Positions 18,301-26,367 of a DNA stretch of 64,000 nucleotides are shown here, one piece after another. The notes under the pieces are model-generated. The model did no database searches and was not told the origin of the DNA. It was given only the letters and a program-made list of their open reading frames with translations. This DNA comes from an uncultured bacterium (GTDB lineage Bacteria > Hydrothermota > UBA3073 > NMUJ01 > CBEVQO01): assembly GCA_965552055.1 (NCBI GenBank), contig CBEVQO010000004.1:96001-160000 (forward strand). Direction: 5' to 3'. A program made the translations under genes and the position numbers. Each line of letters starts with the position of its first letter. The first letter of the stretch is position 1.

Positions 18301-19992
18301 GACAATTACACCTTTTACATGAAATTTATCGGATTTTTTATCATTTCCGGTGCATTCATCTCCTGGCAGATGCGATTCAACATAAGCAATGTGGTCTCCA
18401 TGTTCCGAGTAGCCAGATGCATACCAGTAAATTGTTGTATCTTCATTTGGATTTAAATGACCGACTTTGACACTATCCGTGTAAACTGTGTCACCTGAAG
18501 GAGATACAACCTTTACATCGACATAAAAATTACTTTGAGAATTTGTTCCTGCATTTTTTACTATCGCAATAACTGTTTCTGGTTGTGATGGCTCCACTGC
18601 ACTGGGTTTACATTCAACAGACATTACTTCTATGTCATTTGCAAAAACTTTTCCCTTACGGAATTCCACATCATCAATGTATATGCCGTATTCGTCATAA
18701 GAGTCATAATGGAAAGCTATTCTTAATGTGTCGCCTTCGTTGACGCTATTTAAAATTATAACTTTCTTTACGAAACTGGTATTACTTGTTGTTGTATCCC
18801 ATATTATTGTGTACTGCGATGTATCTTCCGAGAACCCCACATTCAATCTTACGCTGAAATGCTCATCTCCATATCCGTATTCGGAAGCTCCCCTGAACCA
18901 GAAAATAAGTGAATCTTTATTTGAGGATGCCACAACTGGTGGTAATATCAACCAGTCGTTATTAGGCAAATCCCACTTGCAGTAAGCAGAGTAGGTGCCC
19001 GAGTGAGCATGAGTGCTTGATAACTCCCATTCATCGTCTCCATCGAAGTTATAAATTTTCCAGCATTTACATGGCGGGAATTCAGAATATTCGAAACTCG
19101 TGCTCCATGGCACATTGTGTACCTCCATACAATGGAAGCTATCCTCTTTTTCATCATCGTTGTGCCATGCATCATCTGATAAATTTGCCTTCACTATTAC
19201 TGTGTAATCTCCATGTTCTGTTGCAACATCATAATTCCATGTGATAACGGTATCGCTGTCTGATTTTAATTCTCCAATTGTGACAGTATCTCCCCATACG
19301 ATGCTATCCGAAGAGTCTTTAATCCAGCAATATACGGGAACGCTGGATTCATCTGATGTACCCTCATTTTTTATCTCAGCGGTTATTGTAAGGGTATGTT
19401 TAGGCGGTATAACATTGTGGTTTAAGCTGAGGGATTTTACTGCGATGTTATGGGCAAGTTGACCTTTAATTCTGAAGAGGTCGATACATGGATTTGTGTA
19501 TCCGTAATCACTGTGTCCCCTGAATTTTATCATTATGATTTTGCTATCTGGTAAAGCATACTCAAAATGTGTCCATGCATCTTTTATCCCGAGCGAATCA
19601 AGTTCCACCCAGCTTTTACCAGAATCAGTAGAATAATAAACTTTTACCCAGTCCTCACCCGGAGGAGATGTGTTATCATACTCGTTGATGTAATAGAAAG
19701 AAAGTGTACAGTTAGCGGCAGATGTTAAGTCGAAAGTATCTGTTATTAAATCTTCCTCATATCCATTGCTCGATATATAAGAGTAAAATCTTGCGTATTT
19801 TGAGCCAGAGTAAGCGCTGTCAGGGTCACCACTGGATGAGCCATCGCCCCATACCCATCCGTCATCAGAGCCACTAACGGGCACGGTATCCCACTGTGCA
19901 GGAGGAAACATGTCCTCGAAATCCTCTTCAATCAATACAGTTGCTCCAAGACCAGTCCATAAAAACAACATCAATACAGATAACCATTTCAT
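15325..19992 (-). CDS. Secreted clostripain-family (C11) cysteine protease with cleaved-adhesin/choice-of-anchor J-like, CARDB-like and T9SS CTD domains
   Basis: KKWTVMVYIIGDNNL, HYMFVIWDHGSGW, FGFDECLM (His/Cys dyad); three EDFE..FPP..W modules; PNPF...IYDVTGR...LPAGIYF tail; ATG 19992 after AGGAGGG. Confidence 0.88.
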   Translation of the reverse strand: MKWLSVLMLFLWTGLGATVLIEEDFEDMFPPAQWDTVPVSGSDDGWVWGDGSSSGDPDSAYSGSKYARFYSYISSNGYEEDLITDTFDLTSAANCTLSFYYINEYDNTSPPGEDWVKVYYSTDSGKSWVELDSLGIKDAWTHFEYALPDSKIIMIKFRGHSDYGYTNPCIDLFRIKGQLAHNIAVKSLSLNHNVIPPKHTLTITAEIKNEGTSDESSVPVYCWIKDSSDSIVWGDTVTIGELKSDSDTVITWNYDVATEHGDYTVIVKANLSDDAWHNDDEKEDSFHCMEVHNVPWSTSFEYSEFPPCKCWKIYNFDGDDEWELSSTHAHSGTYSAYCKWDLPNNDWLILPPVVASSNKDSLIFWFRGASEYGYGDEHFSVRLNVGFSEDTSQYTIIWDTTTSNTSFVKKVIILNSVNEGDTLRIAFHYDSYDEYGIYIDDVEFRKGKVFANDIEVMSVECKPSAVEPSQPETVIAIVKNAGTNSQSNFYVDVKVVSPSGDTVYTDSVKVGHLNPNEDTTIYWYASGYSEHGDHIAYVESHLPGDECTGNDKKSDKFHVKGVIVPPYYTGFEEDSFPPCVCWEDVYRNWERYTSAPHSGNYYAHIDYNVSEGEGILVTPTINAGYNDTLIFWWKEADSKGKDIGHDSTLVEISQDNGATWTLWKILKIEHSSTWYAETLVFQNYCGSEVKVRWRYQTDKSYSAYGFNLDDIEIRAGERFEHDVGVAKIYFSPEICGKYQTDTIKIKAVNYGENDETFSLVKMVVEPSGETTYCDTTENIYLVSYHDTIIEFLYTPDTTGNHLVIARTLLTGDEFSNNDEKKDTLKVKPPDIYCSSSKIGGDGIADVGEDSVELIITLKNKGGFAYCVSCSLSESEPHAELIPPVKQNYGDMDYNDEVSKTFLFNVLDSATNGEELTFTLHIKDTTGYEKTEAINVIVGGKKWTVMVYIIGDNNLGDLGDNDVDEMESAGSTNQMNILVQIDGSSSYPYNDSSGSRTDANRYYIKYSPSANNKIDAYPEVQLGEIDMADTTEIFDFFKWCVDNYPAQHYMFVIWDHGSGWQKRAGLKGAGWDDGAGSMLGVSNGELHNLLRKMKNYIGRNIDVFGFDECLMCMLENAYEIKEFVDYFVGSEPPEPGEGWCYHFLKELKNNPDMSPKELANKVVDAYSDYYSSSSSCNLNAWDLGHSFQRLCWDVDKLAVECLKEGGMTNSAIKNVVSNLQGLIESWSPYNHYVDIRRLANDLKAQNISEGINEACDSILKHFGYPPYQEGMPLCTTWCNSDLNGVTYGMMINCPDDGSDLSGSWEDDFDYRWLKWAKNSAWYYFIAGYSSLPDTVILLYTGNSFVDEDGDTTPEPGEEVELDIRVRNSGNANAQNVWAKIYSEDSNISVIDDSCGFGTIPGDTEVISKDRVKIKIGSKCPMNRRVVLRLEIHTTQSKAELVFNDHIIFDVGVTKGDFPPSGPVGDIAKAVKRDFLKQEPNPFVHSTLIKFGLTNKKFVSVKIYDVTGRCIKTLKEGVLPAGIYKINFNAEKLPAGIYFCRMKTDNKIFTRKMIKIK

Positions 19993-20010
19993 AATACCCT
20001 CCTTTATCTT

Positions 20011-20037
20011 AATATAAGGAAAAAAAGAGGCTGTCAA
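20011..20037 (-). promoter_or_regulatory. Promoter of clostripain-like gene (TTGACA-N15-TATATT)
   Basis: Minus strand TTGACA 20037-20032, TATATT 20016-20011. Confidence 0.65.
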
Positions 20038-20047
20038 GAAAAAATTG

Positions 20048-20187
20048 AGAAAGTGCTGAAAAACGGTTATATAATATTGAGGATTTATAGAAATTCAAAA
20101 ATGGGTCGCAAAGGGCGAAGCCTTTCGAAAAAACTATGGGCGGGTGGGATAAACAAAAATTGAAAAATGGAATTTTTCAGCAATCTC
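20048..20187. mobile_element. Putative MITE (non-autonomous IS derivative)
   Basis: Imperfect terminal inverted repeats GAGAAAGTGCTGAAAAA ... TTTTTCAGCAATCTC, flanked by AATT on both sides; internal AAAGGGCGAAGCCTTT hairpin; no ORF. Confidence 0.55.
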
Positions 20188-20200
20188 AATTTAAATTTTG

Positions 20201-20227
20201 TTGACATTTTGAATAAGTGATTATAAT
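20201..20227 (+). promoter_or_regulatory. Promoter (TTGACA-N15-TATAAT), probably leaderless
   Basis: TTGACA 20201-20206, TATAAT 20222-20227, ATG 20234. Confidence 0.7.
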
Positions 20228-20233
20228 TAGTGT

Positions 20234-20647
20234 ATGGTATTGATACAGATATTTTTCGGGATACTTGTCTTGATGTTTGGCTGGCTCTGGTATTCTTTAC
20301 ATAAGATGGAAGAAAGGTTGCGTCGTGAGATGCGTGAAATGGAAAAAAGATTGCGAGAAAGTGATGAAAAATTGCGCAAAGAGATGATAGAAAGAGACGA
20401 GAGACTGCGTCGTGAGATGTTAGAGCATTTCAAAAAAATAGATGAACATTTAAGAAGGATTGATGCCCTGTTAATGCTGATAATAAAGGTTCATTTTGAA
20501 GAAATAGGTAAAGAAGCAATGGAGATAATGATGGGTTTAAAAACAGAAAGAGATGTGTTTTCGGATATTGCCAGAAATCTTGCCGATACTTTTAAGGATA
20601 AGATAAGAGAGGTTGTAAGAGAAGAGATTGCCAAATCCAAATCCTGA
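20234..20647 (+). CDS. Hypothetical N-terminally membrane-anchored coiled-coil protein
   Basis: TM helix then E.LRREM-type repeats. Confidence 0.7.
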   Translation: MVLIQIFFGILVLMFGWLWYSLHKMEERLRREMREMEKRLRESDEKLRKEMIERDERLRREMLEHFKKIDEHLRRIDALLMLIIKVHFEEIGKEAMEIMMGLKTERDVFSDIARNLADTFKDKIREVVREEIAKSKS

Positions 20648-21833
20648 ATTTTACATAAAGACATTCGGATGTAAATTAAATCAATATTTCAGTGAAGTTT
20701 TGAAAGAGAGTTTAGAAGATGCAGGCTTTATCTTTTCAAAAGAATCCCCCGATATTGTGATTGTAAACTCATGCACGGTGACGCACAAAGCAGATAGGGA
20801 TGCAAGGAAATGTATCCACAAATGGAAAAAACTGGGAAAAAAAGTAATATTGACAGGTTGTTATGCAAAAAGAGAAAAAAATATAAATGATGTTTTGATT
20901 TTGCCAGAAATCGAAGATGTGCTGAAGTATTTTGGAATTGAGAGAAAAAGAATAATTTCTGACTTTTCAGAAAAAGTTAAAGCATTTGTCATGGTTCATA
21001 CTGGCTGTGATAATTTTTGTTCCTATTGTATCGTGCCTTATGTGAGAGGTGCTCCCCGTTCCCGTCCTTATCGGGAGATAATTGAGGAAGCGGAAAATCT
21101 CGTAAAAAGAGGTTTTAAAGAAATTATCTTGACAGGGATAAATATCGGTAAATATAATTTTAATGATAAAAGATTAATTGATGTCATGAGAGGGGTTTCT
21201 AAAATTTCCGGGATAAAAAGAATATGGCTATCGTCAATTGAGCCCGATACTTTAGCAGATGATATAATTGATTTTGTAGCAGAAGAGAAAAAATTTGCAA
21301 AATACTTTCATATACCTTTGCAATCTGGAAGTGATAAAATTTTAAAACTGATGGGAAGAAGATACGATAAGAAATTTTTTGAGAAGCTCATTTTGAAGAT
21401 AAAGGGAAAAATTCATGATTGTGGAATAGGAACAGATGTTATCTGTGGTTTTCCCGGTGAAGAGGATGAAGATTTTGAAGAAACTTTTAGATTTTTAAAA
21501 GATTTGCCTTTTTCGAATATCCATGCATTTTCTTTTTCTGCGCGACCAGGTACAAAAGCTGAAAAACTTGAAGGAAAAGTTGAAAGTAAAAAGATAAAAG
21601 AAAGAATGCAAAGATTACAAAAGTTAAAAGAAGAAAAATTAAAAGAGTTTGTAGAAAGTTTTAAAGGGAAAAAGATAAATGTTCATTTTGAGAATTATAA
21701 AGAAGGTTTTTTATGTGGCACTTCTTACAATTACATAAAGGTAAAAGTTAAAGGTGAAAAATGTTTTGTTGATGGATTTTTTGATGTTGAAATTAAAAAT
21801 TATAAAAATGGCTATGCGGAAGGATTACTTTAA
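20628..21833 (+). CDS. mtaB: tRNA t6A37 methylthiotransferase MtaB (radical SAM)
   Basis: TFGCKLNQY.SE, VNSCTVTHKAD, TGCDNFCSYCIVPYVRG, HIPLQSGSD, GFPGE, HAFSFSARPGT. Confidence 0.88.
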   Translation: MPNPNPEFYIKTFGCKLNQYFSEVLKESLEDAGFIFSKESPDIVIVNSCTVTHKADRDARKCIHKWKKLGKKVILTGCYAKREKNINDVLILPEIEDVLKYFGIERKRIISDFSEKVKAFVMVHTGCDNFCSYCIVPYVRGAPRSRPYREIIEEAENLVKRGFKEIILTGINIGKYNFNDKRLIDVMRGVSKISGIKRIWLSSIEPDTLADDIIDFVAEEKKFAKYFHIPLQSGSDKILKLMGRRYDKKFFEKLILKIKGKIHDCGIGTDVICGFPGEEDEDFEETFRFLKDLPFSNIHAFSFSARPGTKAEKLEGKVESKKIKERMQRLQKLKEEKLKEFVESFKGKKINVHFENYKEGFLCGTSYNYIKVKVKGEKCFVDGFFDVEIKNYKNGYAEGLL

Positions 21834-23223
21834 GAATAATATTATGTATATATATCAGCAATTGCAAAAATGGGGTGATGCTTTTAAATTGCTTAAAAAT
21901 TTTGCAAAAGAGAAAGAGATTTTCCTTGTTGGCGGTGCTTTAAGGGATGGCTTATTACATTTGTCTTTAAAAGATTTTGATTTTGCGATAAGGGATAGTG
22001 GTGTTGAATTTGCCAGATATTTTGCAAAGCGCTTAAAAGGAGCATTTGTTATGCTCGATGAATCACTTGATATGGCAAGGGTTGTTATAGATAAAAAGAT
22101 AAATTTTGATTTTAACGGTATGCGAGATATAGATGAAGATTTGAGGAGGCGGGATTTTACTGTAAATGCAATATCTTTGAGATTTGGAGAATTTGAAATA
22201 TATGACCCTTTAAATGGAGTTAAAGATTTGGATAAAGGTTTAATAAGGGTAACGGGTAAAGGAGTATTTTCTGATGACCCTTTGCGTATTTTGAGAGCTT
22301 TTCGTTTTTCTGCTACTCATGGATTCAGGATAGAAAGGGGGACATATAATCTTATTTTGAAAGAGAAAGAAAGATTAAAGGGATGTGCTCCCGAAAGGAT
22401 TCATGAAGAATTGAAATATATTTTTAATGCGAGGTTTAGCTTTTGGGTGGTTGATAAAATGAGAAGGTCGGGAGTTCTTGAAATAATATTGAGTGAGTTG
22501 AAAGATTTGCGTGGTTTCCCTTCTGGTAAACCTTTGCGCGACCTTTTATGGCATTCACTTTATACTTTGAAAGCAATCGAAGAAATAGATTTATTGCATT
22601 CCGATGAAATTTTCTGGCGCTATATCAATGATAAATTTTATTTGTTGAAGTTATCTGCTTTATTGCATGATGTTGCAAAACCTCAATGCTATTGTGAAAG
22701 GGATGGAGAAGTTCACTTTTATGGACATGAGAAAGTGGGTGCTCAAATGGTTGAAGAAGGACTAAAAGATAGATTAAGATTGTCAAATAAGGAAGTAAAA
22801 GTTTTGAGTAAGCTTGTTTTATTGCATATGAGACCGCATTTACTATGTGCTGAGGTGAATCCCACAGATAAGGCGCTTTTCAGGTTGGTGAGGGATGCAG
22901 GCGAAGAAGCACCTGGTTTATTGCTTTTGGCTTATGCTGATGCACTTGCTTCTTTGTGCGATGAGGATTATCTTTCTAACATGAAAAAATTAATCGAAAG
23001 GGGGTCAACAATTTATAAAAATATGATTTCTCCGCGATTTAAAAGACTGATAACGGGAAATGATTTGATAAAACTTGGATTGAAACCGGGTCCTATTTTT
23101 AAGAGAATACTGGAAGATGTTGAGTCAAAGCAAATATCGGGTGAGTTAAAGAAAAAAGAAGATGCCCTTTCTTATGTTAAAGAAAAGTATTTAGAAAGGG
23201 GGTCGAATTTTGGTGAACGATAA
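21814..23223 (+). CDS. tRNA nucleotidyltransferase (class II) with HD domain, probably CC-adding type; start uncertain (21808/21814/21844)
   Basis: LVGGALRD, DFDF, EDLRRRDFTVNA, DDPLRILRAFRF, ERIHEEL, LLHDVAKP, FYGHE, LGLKPGP. Confidence 0.85.
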   Translation: MRKDYFKNNIMYIYQQLQKWGDAFKLLKNFAKEKEIFLVGGALRDGLLHLSLKDFDFAIRDSGVEFARYFAKRLKGAFVMLDESLDMARVVIDKKINFDFNGMRDIDEDLRRRDFTVNAISLRFGEFEIYDPLNGVKDLDKGLIRVTGKGVFSDDPLRILRAFRFSATHGFRIERGTYNLILKEKERLKGCAPERIHEELKYIFNARFSFWVVDKMRRSGVLEIILSELKDLRGFPSGKPLRDLLWHSLYTLKAIEEIDLLHSDEIFWRYINDKFYLLKLSALLHDVAKPQCYCERDGEVHFYGHEKVGAQMVEEGLKDRLRLSNKEVKVLSKLVLLHMRPHLLCAEVNPTDKALFRLVRDAGEEAPGLLLLAYADALASLCDEDYLSNMKKLIERGSTIYKNMISPRFKRLITGNDLIKLGLKPGPIFKRILEDVESKQISGELKKKEDALSYVKEKYLERGSNFGER

Positions 23224-23312
23224 GTTTCTCGAAGCAGGAAAGATATGTTATGGACAAAATTCCAGAAAATGTAATAAATACAAAAAGCGGGATTTGATTT
23301 AAAAAATTTTTC

Positions 23313-23339
23313 TTGACAATGGTATTAGTTTGTTATAAT
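23313..23339 (+). promoter_or_regulatory. Promoter of TonB-receptor operon (TTGACA-N15-TATAAT, extended TG)
   Basis: TTGACA 23313-23318, TG-T-TATAAT 23331-23339. Confidence 0.7.
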
Positions 23340-23358
23340 TAAAAGAATGGGGGGTGTT

Positions 23359-26358
23359 ATGAAAAGGTTATTTGTATTGGTGTTAATTTTAATGCCGGTT
23401 TTCTGTTATGCTGGTATTTATGGTAAGATAGCGGGCAGGGTGGTGGATGCGAAAACTGGTCGTCCAATTGAGAAAGCAGCTGTTAAGGTGAAAGGCACTC
23501 CACTTGGTACATTTACGGATGCCAATGGTTATTATGTTTTAATACAGGTGCCTGTGGGAGTTCATACCATTGAGGTTTCGAGGATGGGTTATGAGACGAA
23601 GGAAGTTGCGAATGTGCTTGTGCTTGCTGATTTGACGACCACAATTGATGTAGAACTTGAACCCACTGTGATAGTAGGTAAGAGGGTTGTGGTGATAGCT
23701 TCCCGTCCGATTATTGAGAAAGATGTTACCACATCTCGAACGATAGTTACTGCTGAGGATTTGGAGAACATGGCGGTTGCGAGTGTGAACCAGGCTGTTG
23801 TAGGTGCAGCTGGCGTTAATGTAGACCAGGAAGGTGCGATGCATATAAGAGGTGGTAGGGCTTTTGAGACTGCTTTTGTTCTTGATGGTGCTACGCTTGT
23901 GGATCCTTTTACAAATTATCAGGATGCTCATATACCGCAATCTGCAGCAGAAGAGATTTCGGTATTTACAGGGGGTTTTAATGCCGAGTATGGAAGTGCG
24001 CAGTCAGGTGTCATATCGGTAGTTACAAAATCTGGAAAAGAATATTATTTTGGTTCTTTTGGCTACAGGACGAATGATTACAGTATGTTTGGCAAAGGAT
24101 TTCATGATTTTATGGATAGGAATGAAGTTCAGAAGATGTGTTTACACAGGTGGGATTTCTCTTTTGGAGGTCCTGAGCCATTGAGTAATTTAGTGCTTCC
24201 TATGTTTGGAATTAAATCTTTACAACGGAAGATAAAATTCTTTATCTCGGGTGAAATCCAGAAGGATAGTGGTATAACATATTATGATGATCAATATAGA
24301 AGGTCATTGACCGGGAAAATCACCTTTGATGTAACACCGAAATTGAAGATAAAAATAGGAGGGTTGTGGTACAGGAATGATTTCCATGCTCATGATTTCT
24401 TTACGATTTATAGAGAGAGGTCAAACCAAGATCACTCTTATTTAAGATGGATGAGGAGGTGGGAAGGCTTACCTGATATCTGGCGTGAGACGAAGTCGAT
24501 TTATGCTGGTATAACGCATACGATTTCACCAACCACATTTTATGAGATAATCGTTGATAAACATCATACATTTAGAGGCTGGAATATTTTTGAAGATTTC
24601 CTAAGCGATACTCCGATAACTGACCCTGATGCTGTTTGTGAAGATACTTATCATATTGACCTGGTGAAAGGAGGAAAACTCACTCTTTATAAGTATTACA
24701 AGATTGTTGTTGATACTTATGTAATTGCGTATGATACTATTGTATGGGAAGATGGTAAATTTAAGTTTTATACCGTTTATGATACTGTGATTGATACTTT
24801 TAAGAAATATTATGGAGATGGTAAGGATGACTTTGCTGATTGGGATTTTGATGGTGATGTTGAGATAAATGGTCATGAGACGCCTTATTACTGGCCCGAT
24901 CCTGAGATGCCGCCAGCTCCTGCTCGCAAGGTTGACGATTATGGATATTATATTGAAGGTTACTACAGGGCTGCTTTTTATAGAAGAGATGCTACGGCAT
25001 ATACTTTTAAATTTAAGTTGACTTCTCAGATAACGAAGATACATCAAATCAGAACTGGTTTTGAATATAAACGGCACAATTTATGGCTTTATGATGCTGA
25101 TTTAGCGTCTGGAGGCAATTATTATCTTGAGAAATTTGGTGTTCCCGCGGATACTATACCTGTGCGACCTTATTATTTCAGTGCATATTTACATGATAAG
25201 ATGGAATTTAAGGGTATGATTGTAAATGCAGGTTTGAGATTCGATTACTGGGATGCTAATTGGGCTTATCAGCCAGCTGATCCATTCCATCCCGTGGAAG
25301 AAGGTTATGAGAACGAAGGTGGTCTTGCCCATATTTTGAATCCTACAAAGGTAAAGCCGAAGTGGCATTTATCACCGAGAATAGGAATATCCTTCCCGGT
25401 TACTGAATGGGATAAATTCCATTTCACCTATGGACACTATGTTCAAATGCCGCCTTATATTTTCCAGTTCAGGAATGCGACATGGGATTTGAGGGGAGCG
25501 TATCCTTTGCTTGGCAATCCCGATATTCGTCCTGAAATAACGGTTTCTTATGAGTGTGGAGTTGAGCATGCTTTTAATGAGTATGTGAAGGTTGATGTTA
25601 CAGGATTTTACAAAGATATTAGGGATTTGACCGATACTGAATCGATTTATTATACTCTTGCGAAATATTATACAAGGTATTGTAATGCTGATTACGGGAA
25701 AGTAAGAGGTTTTGAGGTTACTTTTAAGAAGCGTCCAGGTGGAGGGCGATTGCCTTTCCTATTTGTTGATTTAAGTTATACTTATCAGATAGCAACAGGT
25801 AAAAGTTCGTCTACTCGTCAGAATTATGACCTTACATGGGAGGGCTTTATAATACCAAAGAGGGAGGCATATCTTGATTGGGATCAGAGGCACAATTTAA
25901 CATTGCACCTCGGGATTGTTGTTCCAAAAGGAGTTGCGTTGTTTGGTATTCCTTATTTGTCCAACTTTAGAATAACATCGAGGACAGAGATTCAGAGTGG
26001 TTTCCCTTGGACTCCTCCGTCCTCTGTTGCTGAGCCGAGGATAAACGAAGGGAGATTGCCAGGTACACATATTACAAATTTAAGGTTACAAAAAATGTTT
26101 GATATTGGTAAATTGAAGGGCAGTTTATTCATGGATATTTATAATTTATTTAATGTGAGAGACAACATAAGTGTGCTTGCTGACTCTGACTGGTATCTTG
26201 CGAAGCTCACTTCGGAGGCAGGTTTAAGTGAAGATGATGTTTTAAAGGGCACGGGTTACCGAAAGTTGAAAGCGAGGTATGCGAAAGGCAGGTGGAATGA
26301 TCCAGCTACATTGATGTCACCGCGAAGAATAACCGTTGGCTTTGAAATAAAGTTTTAA
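23359..26358 (+). CDS. TonB-dependent receptor with N-terminal carboxypeptidase-regulatory-like domain
   Basis: GKIAGRVVDAKTG, HIRGGR plug motif, TGGFNAEYG, SPRIGISFP, C-terminal PRRITVGFEIKF. Confidence 0.9.
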   Translation: MKRLFVLVLILMPVFCYAGIYGKIAGRVVDAKTGRPIEKAAVKVKGTPLGTFTDANGYYVLIQVPVGVHTIEVSRMGYETKEVANVLVLADLTTTIDVELEPTVIVGKRVVVIASRPIIEKDVTTSRTIVTAEDLENMAVASVNQAVVGAAGVNVDQEGAMHIRGGRAFETAFVLDGATLVDPFTNYQDAHIPQSAAEEISVFTGGFNAEYGSAQSGVISVVTKSGKEYYFGSFGYRTNDYSMFGKGFHDFMDRNEVQKMCLHRWDFSFGGPEPLSNLVLPMFGIKSLQRKIKFFISGEIQKDSGITYYDDQYRRSLTGKITFDVTPKLKIKIGGLWYRNDFHAHDFFTIYRERSNQDHSYLRWMRRWEGLPDIWRETKSIYAGITHTISPTTFYEIIVDKHHTFRGWNIFEDFLSDTPITDPDAVCEDTYHIDLVKGGKLTLYKYYKIVVDTYVIAYDTIVWEDGKFKFYTVYDTVIDTFKKYYGDGKDDFADWDFDGDVEINGHETPYYWPDPEMPPAPARKVDDYGYYIEGYYRAAFYRRDATAYTFKFKLTSQITKIHQIRTGFEYKRHNLWLYDADLASGGNYYLEKFGVPADTIPVRPYYFSAYLHDKMEFKGMIVNAGLRFDYWDANWAYQPADPFHPVEEGYENEGGLAHILNPTKVKPKWHLSPRIGISFPVTEWDKFHFTYGHYVQMPPYIFQFRNATWDLRGAYPLLGNPDIRPEITVSYECGVEHAFNEYVKVDVTGFYKDIRDLTDTESIYYTLAKYYTRYCNADYGKVRGFEVTFKKRPGGGRLPFLFVDLSYTYQIATGKSSSTRQNYDLTWEGFIIPKREAYLDWDQRHNLTLHLGIVVPKGVALFGIPYLSNFRITSRTEIQSGFPWTPPSSVAEPRINEGRLPGTHITNLRLQKMFDIGKLKGSLFMDIYNLFNVRDNISVLADSDWYLAKLTSEAGLSEDDVLKGTGYRKLKARYAKGRWNDPATLMSPRRITVGFEIKF

Positions 26359-26367
26359 GGGGGGGTT

